Assembly (NCBI GenBank): GCA_002104905.1
Contig: MCFE01000073.1
Span: 1-64,000, forward strand
DNA: 64,000 bases
From: Basidiobolus meristosporus CBS 931.73
Taxonomy: Eukaryota; Fungi; Basidiobolomycota
Direction: 5' to 3'
The notes beneath the pieces are model-generated. The model searched no databases and was not told where the DNA came from. It saw nothing but the letters and a program-made list of their open reading frames with translations. Shown piece by piece: positions 1 through 13,700 of the stretch (positions within the stretch are counted from its first letter, which is position 1; the number at the start of each line of letters is the position of its first letter). A program made the translations under genes and the position numbers.

Positions 1-660
1 ATCATTAAATGATAACTACATAGTCTACTTTTTCTCCCAATTACCCCAAAACTGTTACAATATATAACACATGACTTCTTTATTCTGTGCTATTTAAGTT
101 AAGCTTTCACATGCTGGTGTTAGTCACCCCCAACATCAATACAGCTTTACTTAACAACATACTTTAGATTTTGTGGCAATATTTATTATATAGACAAGTA
201 TCATTTGAAATGAGTGATTTCCCCAAAACTCCTCAATCTTCCCCTCTTCCAAAAAAACATAACTTCTCTCAGTGAAATATCACCCTAGAAATATAGTTAA
301 AGTTAGATTATTTACTAAGAGAATCTACAACTCTTAGCTTCCTTCTTATTTTAGCATTAGTAATCTTGTACTACTCAGTAAAATACGGATTTCACTACGC
401 TGGTAACTTTTCCACTCCCTGCTGCTCTTGATTCAGCATAAAGTTATATTCTGAATTTTATTTTATGCTTACCATGGGGATCCTACACTCCTAGCAGGCC
501 TTTTTATTTGTAGGTAGGCTTATGAAACTACTTGTAGGCAAATCCTAAGTCCTGAGGCATTTTTTAGATTGCGCACCATGCTGAATTCCAAAAAAGGTAT
601 GGAGTTATTAACTCAGGACTACTGGACTACATTTGTTATTGGTTTCATTTACCAATATTA
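1..660. other. AT-rich, CpG-depleted segment; probable edge of a decayed repeat/TE block
   Basis: Only about 3 CG dinucleotides in the first 660 bp (near 385, 398, 571), the same composition as the TE nest at 50590-64000. No recognisable ORF. Confidence 0.35.
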
Positions 661-861
661 GCTAATCATCGATTACTCGTTGTGGAGATAAGCTGGTTAA
701 CATACCAATTCGTTGTCCAAATCAATCGACTCAATGGAGAGGTGAACGCGATTGAGTATCAAGCCAGAATGACTAGTGGATGATGCATCACCACTTATAG
801 TTTATTTATTATACAAAGTATCTCAGAAGAACTACTTCAATTACGATTCAGTTCCACACTC

Positions 862-2425
862 CTAGTTCTTCTGCTTGGCGCCACTTAATTCCTCTCCACT
901 TCTATGTCTGGAAGTCAACTCCTCGATACTCTTGCCCTTGGTCTCGCGTACGAAGAAGAGAATTCCAAAGAACCCGACAGCACAACAGCCGGCGAAAATC
1001 AAGAAAATGTAACCGTTAATAGCATCAGAGACAGCAGGGAAAATAAGACCAATGACGAAATTAGAGAGCCAGTTAATAGCAAGGGCGGTACTGGATGTAG
1101 CTGAAACTGCGTTGGTAGGCATCAACTCTGTCATGATAAGGAAAGGTACTGGACCAAGACCAACGGCGAAAAAGGCAACAAAGATGAAAACTACAAAAAA
1201 ACGGTTAGTAATCAGCACTTTCGGGGAAGTCAAATTGACTACTTACTTGATGCGACGGTTAAACCATGATTATTGACCTCAAGACCGACGCACATGAGAA
1301 TGTTGAAAATAGCAGAACCACCACTTGAGATGAGCAGCAAGAACTTTCTACCAGAACGGTCAATGAGGACGACTGAAACGATGGTCATGAAGACGTTGAG
1401 CCCCATAAGTCCCACTGTGACGTACTTGGCTTTTTCATGGTAGATTTCTCCGAAAATAGAAGTACAGTAGTACATGATACCGTTAATGCCAGACCATTGC
1501 TGGAGAGCACCAAGACCAATGCAGATGATGAAGGGGACTGTGCAGTGCTTATCCTTGATAATTTCCATGACACTAAGGTTTTTGGGAAGGTTCTTGGCCT
1601 CCTCACGAGCTTGAAGAATTTCCTGGAATTCGATTTCGATATCGGCATTACCTCTCAATTTCTGAAGGGAAGCTTTGGCCTCTTCGTTTCTTTGTATGGA
1701 CACAAGATAACGGGGAGTTTCAACACACATTGGCATAAGAACAGCTTGGACAAGGCCGAAAGCACCCACGAGGGCAACCAAGACTCTCCATCCAACGGAG
1801 GTAGCCATACCTAGACTCATGCATTCGACCACAAGGATACCAATGACAGTGTTGAACTGATTGCAGGTGCCAAAAGTACCACGGGTCTTAATGGGAGCCA
1901 CTTCACCAATGTATGTGGGCAGGATAACGGCGCCGTGACCGCAAGCAAAACCGATCAAGAAACGGCCGCAAATCCACATACCGGGATTAATGGACATCCC
2001 CATCAAAAGGCCACCCAAGACGAAGAAAAAGTTGTTTCCGATCATGGCAAGACGACGGCCATACTTCTCCTGAGTGTAACCGGCCAACATGCATCCGAAA
2101 GTTCCACCAAGAGCAGAATTACCAACGGCGAAGCCCCATAGCCAACTGCCCATATAGAAGCAATGAGGGAATCTACCGTCTAATTTGACGTTATTTTCGG
2201 GACAATTCCGGATGGAATCCGATGCTGTGAATCAATGAAACGATAAATAGATTGCCCACAAGAAGGCTTCTTGCCCAACTTACTGATATTGGTAGAAGAT
2301 GTGGTGAAACCACTGGAGAACATTACGATGCAAGCCGCTAGGGTACAAAAGAGGGCAAATGGAGGATAATTGACATTCCTCGAGTCGTTGGCATTTTGTT
2401 TTTCCTCGGACATATTGGAGTCCAT
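862..2425 (-). CDS. MFS sugar porter (GLUT/Sugar_tr family), 3 exons
   Basis: Exon 1 MDSNMSEEK...SSTNI; main exon with EKYGRR, YIGEVAP..RG, PETPRYL-like (VETPRYL), LQQWSGINGIMYY, IDRSGRK; last exon GLGPVPFLIMTEL and VRETKGKSIEE. GT-AG introns join ORFs 2180-2605, 1239-2153 and 862-1233. Confidence 0.92.
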
Positions 2426-3465
2426 GCTTCCGGTAGTTAAAAGAGAGTTCCGAAGGTAGTAGAGTAGATGTCTTTCTAAATCTCTTAGAAAAACCGCTTT
2501 GTATGTTGGAATGCAATCGCTCCACTGGTGGCTTTTATTCAATCCTGAGCTCCAACATCCTGTTATTTGAATTCCCGAGCGATAATTATGGGACAAGCCA
2601 TGCAACCGGCTCGGTAAATGATTGGGCTAGGGTTTGGTCTGAGATCGAAATCGGGCACGCCTCTCTTCATTAACTCTATATGGATACTCCCCAGCCTCTA
2701 TATAGGGCACATCTATCTTATTATGCAAGACAAGGCCCCTATCTTAGCATGGCTCAGTGTGGCTTTAGCAACGACCAAAAAGGGCTCTATTATTCTTATC
2801 TTATCAGTAGGGTCGTGTCGAAGATACAAGGGTTTTAGCACGGCCTCTATATATGATATGCCCGCCTGATATGCATTCGTTTACCATCAAAACCATAAGA
2901 CAGCACGTTGTGTGGATGCCACAAAATTTATCAATACAATTATCAATACGAAAACGTGGGTTTGCGTGGACTTTTTATCCCGATTCAGGTACACGGTTTC
3001 ATCCCGGTAATTCCAGAAGAAAGCTACGTGACTGAGAGCCTGCAGAATCTCTAGCAGTAGATACGTAGCCTAGAGTTCCATGTCCTCAAGTGACCGGAAT
3101 CATGTCGGTGAACTTCTTGCCACAGGATGTGATCGTTGTTGTAAACAGAGAAAGCGGTCCGAGTCAATCAATAAAAAAGGGCATGACAAAAAGTTCCAAC
3201 GTCTCCATCCGTTTTCGTTAGGTATAAACAACCCACGATGGTTTAGTCTTTGCCCGATAAATTCCACAATACATACCTCGACCATGTACTTGTCGCATGT
3301 CCCCATGTTCACGAACCAGAGTTGACCAAAATGTGTTGCAGGGGCTATTTTGCAATGTTCAAGCAATACGTATCTCGATATGCATCAAGGTGAGCATATG
3401 CAAGTGCATATAACCTAAATCCTTTAATAGTTAAGGCGCCCACTTTAATTAAATTCACAAACACC

Positions 3466-3484
3466 AACCCTAACCCTAACCCTA
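3466..3484 (+). repeat. Interstitial telomere-like repeat (AACCCT)x3
   Basis: aaccctaaccctaacccta seen directly. Confidence 0.6.
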
Positions 3485-3607
3485 GCATTATATCTAATTT
3501 TGGGATATCGCTGTAACTAGCCCCCACATCACTTAATTAAGGTTTCCATGATTATCATCAGTTTCGCACGTTTATATAGAATCAATCAATATCTTGGACT
3601 GCAAACT

Positions 3608-4542
3608 CTACCAGGGCAACTGACGGCCGTTGTAGCTGATAAATCGACCACTACTAGCGAGCGTCAGAGAATCAATCACTTGTAACATGCCAGAGATACT
3701 TTCATGAGGTGTAAGAGATGCATTAGCACCACCCATATCTACGAGGAAGATTATGATAAAGTCCTTTGGAGAACAAGCAAAGTATATCTAACCAGTTTGA
3801 ACCCAACCAGGATCTAGCGATAACACAGCAATTCCTTCCTTTTTAAGTTCTTCTGAGAAGCATGCGGTAGCTAGTAAGCTTAGAAGTTAGCATCACGATG
3901 GTTTCTATTACCAATTGACACATGCAAACCCATGTTTAAGGCGGCTTTTGTTACACCATATCGCCATGGAACTTGGCACATTGCTGTTCAATTCAAGTGA
4001 GCCGTATCCGGAGCTGATGTTAATTATCTTGGGCTTCTGACCTTGCCTAAGAAGAGCCAAGAACGACTGTACCAATAGTACTGGGCCAGTAACGTTAGTA
4101 GTGAACAGCTCTTCTAGTTCGGTCTTAGATCTAAGCATTCGTGTTAGTCGCTTTTGTAAGGAAACGAAAATAAACTTACAATCCCTACACATTAGTCAGT
4201 CCTTCAGCGACCCCCATAATACCCGCATTGTTTATCAATATGTCCACCCCATTATCAGCTAGTTTTGAGATCTCCTGAACGCTCCTCTAGAAAGATGAAT
4301 CAGTGTGATACTGGTAGGTATGAGCATTAGTAATAATCTACCTGGATCGATATTTCACTGGTGACATCTAATTGGTGAATGCTTAGACGTTTCCCAGCTT
4401 GACGTCGTAACTCTTCGAGTCTGGTGGCAGCCTGTGGATTTCTGCAACAGGCGAATACTTTGGTTCCTGGCTTTCCAAGAATTTGACGTACAAACTCCAG
4501 TCCTAAACCGCGAGATGCTCCTGTTACAATATATTGCGACAT
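3608..4542 (-). pseudogene. Short-chain dehydrogenase/reductase (CsgA/C-factor-like) with an apparent +1 frameshift just before the YxxxK motif
   Basis: TGASRGLGLEFVRQ, LINNAGI, NVTGP, INISSGYGS; then YGVTKAALNM lies in a different frame with no room for an intron. Later exons give LDPGWVQT/DMGG and end GRQLPW-stop. Confidence 0.8.
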
Positions 4543-4583
4543 GATTCTTTTGATAGACAACTAGTCATAGCGAGCCAAACGTC

Positions 4584-4601
4584 ATATATATATATATATA
4601 T
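4584..4601. repeat. (AT)9 microsatellite
   Basis: atatatatatatatatat seen directly. Confidence 0.9.
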
Positions 4602-4785
4602 TAATCAACGATCAGGTGACATGCGTAATACCGACTCTACGTAAGCTTACTAATTATTATATCCTATATGTAGCAGTGATAATCACAAACAACCAAAGGA
4701 TCCAATATAATGGTATAACATCACACCGACCTGTCAAACTAGTTGATAAACACGTTTATTTAGCACGGTGGCTGTTCATGGTCAC

Positions 4786-7700
4786 TTAAGGCCAATCACA
4801 AATAATGGAGCCAGCGAAAGTTTTACATACCGTACCTGATGCACAATGGTTGTGGTAACGTTTACCATTTGCACAGACAGTAAATTCCTGTGTAACACCT
4901 GAATCTACACACTCATATAGTCCATTTGTACAAGCTGCGTTGGTGTCGTTAGATTCGGGATGGTTTGTAGGGAGCGCTTCTACTGTAACAGTTACTGTGC
5001 TAGTTGTGGTAACAGTATAAGCTGCACACGCAGTGGGGTAAGAGCTTATAGTACTGGACAACTCGTTAGATTTGCGACTCTCAACTTGGCTAGTAGTGAC
5101 ACTCTTGGTGGCAATTGTCGATTCCGAAGCCTTGTGGGCCTCATACGAAGTGGCAGTGACATGATCTAGAGGGCTTCTCAACTCAGTAGGCTTGTGAGTT
5201 TCGGCCACCGTGGTCTCAGTATGCTTCAAAGAGCTGATAGGCGGTGCAGACTTTTCCGAATTATCACTAGTATGTCTTGAGATAGTGGCGGCCTCAGTGG
5301 ACTTGCGATTTGTGTCACTTGAATAACGGGGCGAAATAGTGGGCTCGGCATAATTTGGACTTTCTACCAAAGTGTTGCTGACGTGCATCGAAATGCGGTC
5401 AAATGCAGTAGTCTTATGACTCTTCACTGTAGGGTAACTTGCGGGCTTCCAGGAGTGGCTGGACTCAGTAGGCTCGGTAGACCTATGAATCCCATTTGGT
5501 GTGGCACTGGCATACTTCGAAGAGCTGGCCGGCTCAGTATTCTGATGGTTCACTTCGTCAGTAGCACTGGCACGCATCAAAGAGCTGGAGGACTCAACAG
5601 CCTTGTGATTCTCCTGGGCGGAAGAATTTGAGGAGTCCAGCCAACTAGCTGCCTCAGTTGGCTTGTGGGCCTCGTGAATAGAGATACTGGAGTGCTTCAT
5701 GGAACTAGCAGACTCCGTAGGCTTGCGTGTCTGGTAAGTAGCTTCATTGGAGTGCTTCACTGAGCGGTGCGTCTCCGAAGACTTGTGGGTCTCGTGGGTA
5801 GAGGTGCTGAGGTGCTCCAACGAGCTGCTAGTCTCAGTATACTTGTAGGTCTCGTGGGAAGAGGTTACGGAGTGCATCAGGGAAGTGGCAAACTCGGTTG
5901 GCTTGTGAGTCGTATGAGTAGTGTCACTGGAGTGCTTGACAACGCTGCTGGGTTCGATGGGCATGTGGGTCTCGTAGTTTGAAGCACCAGAATGCTCCAT
6001 GGAATTAGCAGACTCAGTAGGCCTCTGGGTTTCGTGGGAAGAATCACTGGAATGCTTCAACGAGCTGCTAATCTCAGCAGACTGGTGGATCTGGTGAGAA
6101 GAGGCAACGGATTGCATCGTGGAGTGGGCAGACCCGGTTGGTTTATGGGTCTCGCGGGCAATGTCGCTAGAGTGCTTCAAGGAACCAGTAGCCTCGGTAG
6201 GCTTACGGGTCTCGTGAGAAGAGGTAACGGAGGACTTCATGGAGCTGGCTGGCTCGGTTAGCTTATGCGTCTCATGAGTAGTGTCACTTGAATGCTTCAA
6301 CGAGCTGCTAGTCTCAGCAGGCTTGTAGGTTTCGTGAGAAGATACAACCGACTGCATCGTGGAGTGGGCAGACTCGGTTGGGTTGTGAGTCTCGTGAGCA
6401 ATATCGCTGGATTGCCTCAATGAGCTCGAAGCCTCTGCAGGCCTATAGGTCTCGTGAGAAGAGGAAACGGAGGGTATCGCGAAGTGGGCAGACTCGGTTG
6501 GGTTGTGGGTCTCGTGAGCAATGTCGCTGGATTGCTTCAATGAGCTGGAAGCCCCTGTTGGCCTATGGGCCTCGTGAGAAGAGGCAACGGAGTCCTTCAT
6601 GGAGCTAGCTGACTCAGTTGGCTTGTGTGTCTCGTGGGCAGCATCACTGGAGTGCTTCAAAGAGCTGCGAGTCCCAGAAGACTTGTGGGCCCCATGGGAA
6701 GAGGTAACGGCGTGCATCGTGGAGTAGGCCGACTCGGTTGGGTTGCGGTTCTCGTGAGAAGAGGCAATGGAGTGCTTACTAGAACTAGCAGACCCGGTTG
6801 GCTTGGGTGTCTCGTGAGTTGTGTCACTTGAGTGCTTCAACGAGCTGCTAGTCTGAGCAGACTTGAGAGTTTCGTGGGAAGAGGCAACGGAGTGCATCGT
6901 GTGGTGGGCAGACTCGGTTGGGTTGTGGGTCTCGTGAGCAATGTCGCCTGAGTGCTTCAGCGAACTGCTAGTCTCAACAGACTTGTGGGTCTGGTGAGAA
7001 GAGGCAACGGAGTGCTTACTAGAACTAGCAGACCCGGTTGGCTTGGGTGTCTCATGAATAGTGTCACTTGAGTGCTTCAACGAGCTGCTAATCTCAGCAG
7101 ACTTGAGAGTTTCGTGGGAAGAGGCAACGGAGTGCTTCAAGGAGCTAGCTGACTCAGTTGGCTTGTGTGTCTCGTGAGCAATGTCGCTGGATTGCTTCAA
7201 CGAGCTGAAAACCTCGGTAGGCTTATGGGTCTTGTGAGAAAAGGCAACGGAGTGCTTCAAGGAGCTAGCTGACTCAGTTGGCTTGTGTGTCTTATGGGTA
7301 GTGTCACTGGAATGCTTCAACGAGCTGCTAGTCTCAGCAGACTTGTGGGTCTGGTGAGAAGAGACAACGGAGTGCATCGTGGAGTGGGCTGACTCGGTTG
7401 GGTTGTGAGTCCCGTGAGTAGTATCAATTGAGTGCTTCAACGAGCTGTTAGTCTCAACAGACTTGTGGGTCTCGTGAGTAGTGTCGCTTGAGTGCTTCAA
7501 CGAGCTGCTAGTCTCAACGGACTTGTGGGTCTGGTGAGAAGAGGCAACGGAGTGCATTGTGGAGCTAGCAGACTCAGTTGACTTGTGTGTCTCGTGAGCA
7601 ATGTCGCTGGATTGCTTCAATGAGCTGGAAGCCTCGGTAGGCTTATGGGGCTCGTCTGAAGAGGTAACGGAGTGCTTCGTGGAGCTAGTTGTCTCGGCAG

Positions 7701-10700
7701 GCTTGTGTGTCTCATGAGTAGTATCAATTGAGTGCTTCAACGAGCTGCTAGTCTCAGCAGACTTGTGGGTATCGTGAGAAGAGGCAACGGAGTGCTTCAA
7801 GGAGCTAGCTGACTCAGTTGGCTTGTGTGTCTCGTGGGTAGTGTCGCCTGAGTGCTTCAACGAGCTGCTAGTCTGAGTAGACTTGTGGGTCTCGTGAGAA
7901 GAGGCAACGGAGTGCTTAGTGGAGCTAGCAGACTCAGTTGGCTTGTGTGTCTCGTGAGCAATGTCGCTGGATTGCTTCAATGAGCTGGAAGCCTCGGTAG
8001 GCTTATGGGGCTCGTCTGAAGAGGTAACGGAGTGCTTCATGGAGCTAGAGGACTCGGTTGGCTTGTGTGTCTCGTGAGTTGTGTCACTTGAGTGCTTCAA
8101 CGAGCTGCTAGTCTGAGCAGACTTGAGAGTTTCGTGGGAAGAGGCAACAGAGTGGGTCTGGTGAGAAGAGACAACGGAGTGCATCGTGGAGTGGGCTGAC
8201 TCGGTTGGGTTGTGAGTCCCGTGAGTAGTATCAATTGAGTGCTTCAACGAGCTGCTAGTCTCAACGGACTTGTGGGTCTGGTGAGAAGAGGCAACGGAGT
8301 GCATTGTGGAGCTAGCAGACTCAGTTGACTTGTGTGTCTCGTGAGCAATGTCGCTGGATTGTTTCAATGAGCTGGAAGCCTCGGTAGGCTTATGGGGCTC
8401 GTCTGAAGAGGTAACGGAGTGCTTCGTGGAGCTAGCTGTCTCGGCAGGCTTGTGTGTCTCATGAGTAGTATCAATTGAGTGCTTCAACGAGCTGCTAGTC
8501 TCAGCAGACTTGTGGGTATCGTGAGAAGAGGCAACGGAGTGCTTCAAGGAGCTAGCTGACTCAGTTGGCTTGTGTGTCTCGTGGGTAGTGTCGCCTGAGT
8601 GCTCCAACGAGCTGCTAGTCTGAGTAGACTTGTGGGTCTCGTGAGAAGAGGCAACGGAGTGCTTAGTGGAGCTAGCAGACTCAGTTGGCTTGTGTGTCTC
8701 GTGAGTAGTGTCGCCTGAGTGCTTCAACGAGCTGCTAGTCTCAGCAGACTTGTGGGTCTGGTGGGAAGAGACAACGGAGTGCATCGTGGAGTGAGCTGAC
8801 TCGGTTGGGTTGCGAGTCCCGTGAGTAGTATCAATTGAGTGCTTCAACGAGCTGTTAGTCTCAGCAGACTTGTGGGTCTCGTGAGAAGAGGCAACGGAGT
8901 GCATCGTGGTGTGGGCTGACTCAGTTGGTTTGTGTGTCTCGTGAGCAATGTCGCTGGAAGCCTCGGTAGGCTTATGGGTCTTGTGAGAAAAGGCAACGGA
9001 GTGCTTCATGGAGCTAGAGGACTCGGTTGGCTGGTGTGTCTTATGGGTGGTGTCACTGGATTGCTTCAACGAGCTGCTAGTCTCAACAGACTTGCGGGTC
9101 TGGTGAGAAGAGACAACAGAGTACATTGTGGAGTGGGAAGACTCGGTTGGCTTGTGTGTCTCATGAGTAGTATCAATTGAGTGCTTCAACGAGCTGTTAG
9201 TCTGAGCAGACTTGTGGGTCTCGTGAGAAGAGGCAACGGAGTGCTTCAAAGAGCTAGCTGACTCAGTTGGCTTGTGTGTCTCGTGAGCAATGTCGCTGGA
9301 TTGCTTCAATGAGCTGGAAGCCTCGGTAGGCTTATGGGGCTCGTCTGAAGAGGTAACGGAGTGCTTCGTGGAGCTAGCTGTCTCGGCAGGCTTGTGTGTC
9401 TCATGAGTAGTATCAATGGAGTGCTTAGAGGAGCTAGCTGACTCAGTTGGCTTGGGTGTCTCGTGAGTAGTGTCACTGGAATGCTTCAACGAGCTGCTAG
9501 TCTCAACAGACTTGTGGGTATCGTGAGAAGAGGCAACGGAGGGCATCGTGGAGTGGGAAGACTCGGTTGGGTTGTGAGTCCCGTGAGCAATGTCGCTGGA
9601 TTGCTTCAATGAGCTGGAAGCCTCGGTAGGCTTATGGGGCTCGTCTGAAGAGGTAACGGAGTGCTTCATGGAGCTAGAGGACTCGGTTGGCTTGTGTGTC
9701 TCGTGAGTTGTGTCACTTGAGTGCTTCAACGAGCTGCTAGTCTGAGCAGACTCGAGAGTTTCGTGGGAAGAGGCAACAGAGTGCATCGTGGGGTGGGCAG
9801 ACTCGGTTGGGTTGTGGGTCTCGTGAGCAATGTCGCCTGAGTGCTTCAGCGAACTGCTAGTCTCAGCAGACTTGTGGGTCTGGTGAGAAGAGGCAACAGT
9901 GTGCTTCGTGAAGTGGGCAGATTCGGTTGGGTTGTGAGTCTCGTGAGTAAGGTTGCTGGAGTGCTTCGATGAACTGGCAGCCTCTGTCGGCTTGTGGGTT
10001 TCGTGAGAAGAGGCAATGGAGTGCTTCGTGGAGCTAGCAGACTCGGTTGGCTTGTGTGTCTCGTGAGTAGCATTACTGGGGTGCTTCAATGAACTGGAAG
10101 CCTCGGTAGGCTTATGGGTTTCGTGGGAAGAGGCAACAGAGTGCTTAGTAGGACTAGCAGACTCGGCAGGCTTGTGGGACTCGTGAGATGAGGTGCTGGA
10201 GTGGTTCATGGAACTAGCAGACTCAGTAGACTTCTGGATCGCATGGATAGAGGTACTGGAATGCTTCAACGAGCTGCTTGTCTCAGCAGACTTGTGAGTC
10301 ACGTGCGCAGGACTACTGGAGTGCTTCAAGGAACTGGGAATCTCAGTAGACTTGTGGGACTCCTGGGACGAGGCAATTGAGTGCTTAGTTGAACTGTCTG
10401 ACTCGGTTGGCTTGTGAGTCTCGTGAGTAGTGTCACTGGAGAGCTTCACAGTACTGACTGACTCGGTTGGCTTATGTGCCTCGTGAGTAGCGTCGCTAGT
10501 GTGCTTCAATGAGCTACTAGTCTCAGTAGACTCGTGGGACGAGGCTAAGGAGTGCACCGAAGGAATGGCAGACTTGGTTGGCTTGTGGGTCTCGTGAGTA
10601 ATGCTACTGGAGTGCTTCAAGACGCTGCTAGTCTCCATTGACTTGTAGGTCTCGTGGGAAGAAAGAACGGAGTACTTCGTGGAACTAACTGACTCGGTAA

Positions 10701-13700
10701 GCTTGGGAGTCTCCTGAGTAGAGGCAATAGAGCGCTTGAATGAGCTGCTTGACAGAGTAGGCTTGTGTGTCTCGTGAGTATTGTCACGGGAGTGCTTCGT
10801 GGAAATCGCAGACTCGGTAGGCTTGTGAGTATCCTGGGTCGTGTCATTGGAGTGCCTGATGGTACTGGCAGACTCGGTTGGCTTGTGGGTCTCGTGAGTA
10901 GAGTCACTGGAGGGCTTGACTACGCTGCTAGACTCAGTGGGCCTGTGGGCCTTGTGGGTAGAGGCACTGGAATGCTTCAAGTAGCTGGTAGACTCAGTAG
11001 GCTTGTGGTGCTTGTCAGTCGAAGCACTAGAATGCTTCACGGAGTTCGCACTCTCAGTGGGCTTGTGAATCTCGGCAGTGGAAACACTGGAATGCTTGGA
11101 GCTGACAGACTCGATTGGCTTGTGGCTCTCGAGAGCAGAAGCACTGGAATGCTTCAAAGAGCTGGCAGACTCAGTGGTCTTGTGAATCTCGGTAGTGGGA
11201 ACACTGGAATGCTTGGAGCTGTAAGACTCGATTGGCTTGTGGCTCTCGGGGGTAGAAGTGCTGGAATGCTTCACGGAGCTGGTAGACTCAGTGGGCTTAT
11301 GGTTCTTGTCAGTGGAAGCACTAGAATGCTTAACGGAGTTGTTACTCTCAGTGGGCTTGTGAATCTCGGCAGTGGAAACACTGGAATGCTTGGAGCTGCC
11401 AGACTCGATTGGCTTTTGGCTCTCGAGAGCAGAAGCACTGGAATGCTTCAAAGAGCTGGCAGACTCAGTGATCTTGTGAATCTCGGTAGTGGAAACACTG
11501 GAATGCCTGGAGGAGCTGGTAGACTCAGTGGGCTTGTGGTGCTTGTCAGTCGAAGCACTAGAATGCTTCACGGAGTTCGCACTCTCAGTGGGCTTGTGAA
11601 TCTCGGCAGTGGAAACACTGGAATGCTTGGAGCTGACAGACTCGATTGGCTTGTGGCTCTCGAGAGCAGAAGCACTGGAATGCTTCAAAGAGCTGGCAGA
11701 CTCAGTGGTCTTGTGAATCTCGGTAGTGGGAACACTGGAATGCTTGGAGCTGTAAGACTCGATTGGCTTGTGGCTCTCGGGGGTAGAAGTGCTGGAATGC
11801 TTCACGGAGCTGGTAGACTCAGTGGGCTTATGGTTCTTGTCAGTGGAAGCACTAGAATGCTTAACGGAGTTGTTACTCTCAGTGGGCTTGTGAATCTCGG
11901 CAGTGGAAACACTGGAATGCTTGGAGCTGTCAGACTCGATTGGCTTTTGGCTCTCGAGAGCAGAAGCACTGGAATGCTTCAAAGAGCTGGCAGACTCAGT
12001 GATCTTGTGAATCTCGGTAGTGGAAACACTGGAATGCCTGAAGGAGCTGGTAGACTCAGTGGGCTTGTGGTGCTTGTCAGTCGAAGCACTAGAATGCTTC
12101 ACGGAGTTCGCACTCTCAGTGGGCTTGTGAATCTTGGCAGTGGAAACACCGGAATGCTTGGAGCTGACAGACTCGATTGGCTTGTGGCTCTCGAGAGCAG
12201 AAGCACTGGAATGCTTCAAAGAGCTGGCAGACTCAGTGATCTTGTGAATCTCGGTAGTGGAGACACTGGAATGCTTGGAGCTGTAAGACTCGATTGGCTT
12301 GTGGCTCTCGAGAGTAGAAGTACTGGAATGCTTCAAGGAGCTGGCAGACTCAGTAGTCTTGTGAATCTCGGTAGTGGAAACACTGGAATGCTTGGTGGAG
12401 CTGGTAGACTCAGTGGGCTTGTGGTGCTTGTCAGTCGAAGCACTAGAATGCTTCACGGAGTTCGCACTCTCAGTGGACTTGTGAACCTCGACAGTGGAAA
12501 CACTGGAATGCTTGGGGCTGACAGACTCGATTGGCTTGTGGATCTCGAGAGTAGAAGTACTGAAATGCTTCAAGGAGCTGGAAGACTCAGTGGTCTTGTG
12601 GGTCTCGGCAGTGGAAACAATGGAATGCTTGGAGGAGCTGGTAGACTCAGTGGGCTTGTGGTGATTGTCAGTCGAAGCACTAGAATGCTTCAAGGAGCTG
12701 GGAGACTCAGTGGTGTTGTGAGTCTCGGCGGTGGATATACTGGAATGCTTGGAGGAGATGTCTGACTCGATTGGCTTGTGACTCTCGAGAGTAGAAGTGC
12801 TAGAATGCTCCAAGGAGCTGGTAGACTCAGTAGGCTTGTGGTGCTTGTCAGTCGAAGCACTAGAATGCTTCACGGAGTTCGCACTCTCAGTGGGCTTGTG
12901 AATCTCGGCAGTGGAAACACTGGAATGCTTGGAGCTGACAGAGTCGATTGGCTTGTGGCTCTCAAGAGCAGAAGCACTGGAATGCTTCAAGGAGCTGGAA
13001 GACTCAGTGGTCTTGTGAGTCTCGGCAGTGGAAACAGTGGAATGCTTGGAGGAGCTGGTAGACTCAGTGGGCTTGTGGTGCTTGTCAGTGGAAGCACTAG
13101 AATGCCTCACGGAGTTCGCACTCTCAGTGGGCTTGTGAATCTCGGCAGTGGAAACACTGGAATGCTTGGAGGAGCTGGTAGACTCAGTGGGCTTGTGGTG
13201 CTTGTCAGTGGAAGCGCTAGAATGCTTAACAGAGTTGTTACTCTCAGTGGGCTTGTGAACCTCGGCAGTGAAAACACTGGAATGCTTGGAGGAGCTGGTA
13301 GACTCAGTGGGCTTGTGGTGCTTGTCAGTGGAAGCGCTAGAATGCTTCATGGAGTTCGCACTCTCAGTGGGCTTGAGAATCTCGGCAGTGGAAACACTGG
13401 AATGCTTGGAGGAGCTGATTGACTCAGTGGGCTTGTGGTGATTGTCAGTCGAAGCACTAGAATGCTTCAAGGAGCTGGCAGACTCAGTGGTGTTGTGAGT
13501 CTCGGCAGTGGAAGCACTGGAAAGCTTGGAGGGGATGTCAGACTCGATTGGCTTGTGACTCTCGAGAGTAGAAGTGCTGGAATGCTTTAAGGAGCTGGTA
13601 GACTCAGTGGGCTTGTGGTGCTTGTCAGTGGATGCACTAGAATGCTTCACGGAGTTGTTACTCTCAGTGGGCTTGTGAATCTCGGCAGTGGAAACACTGG

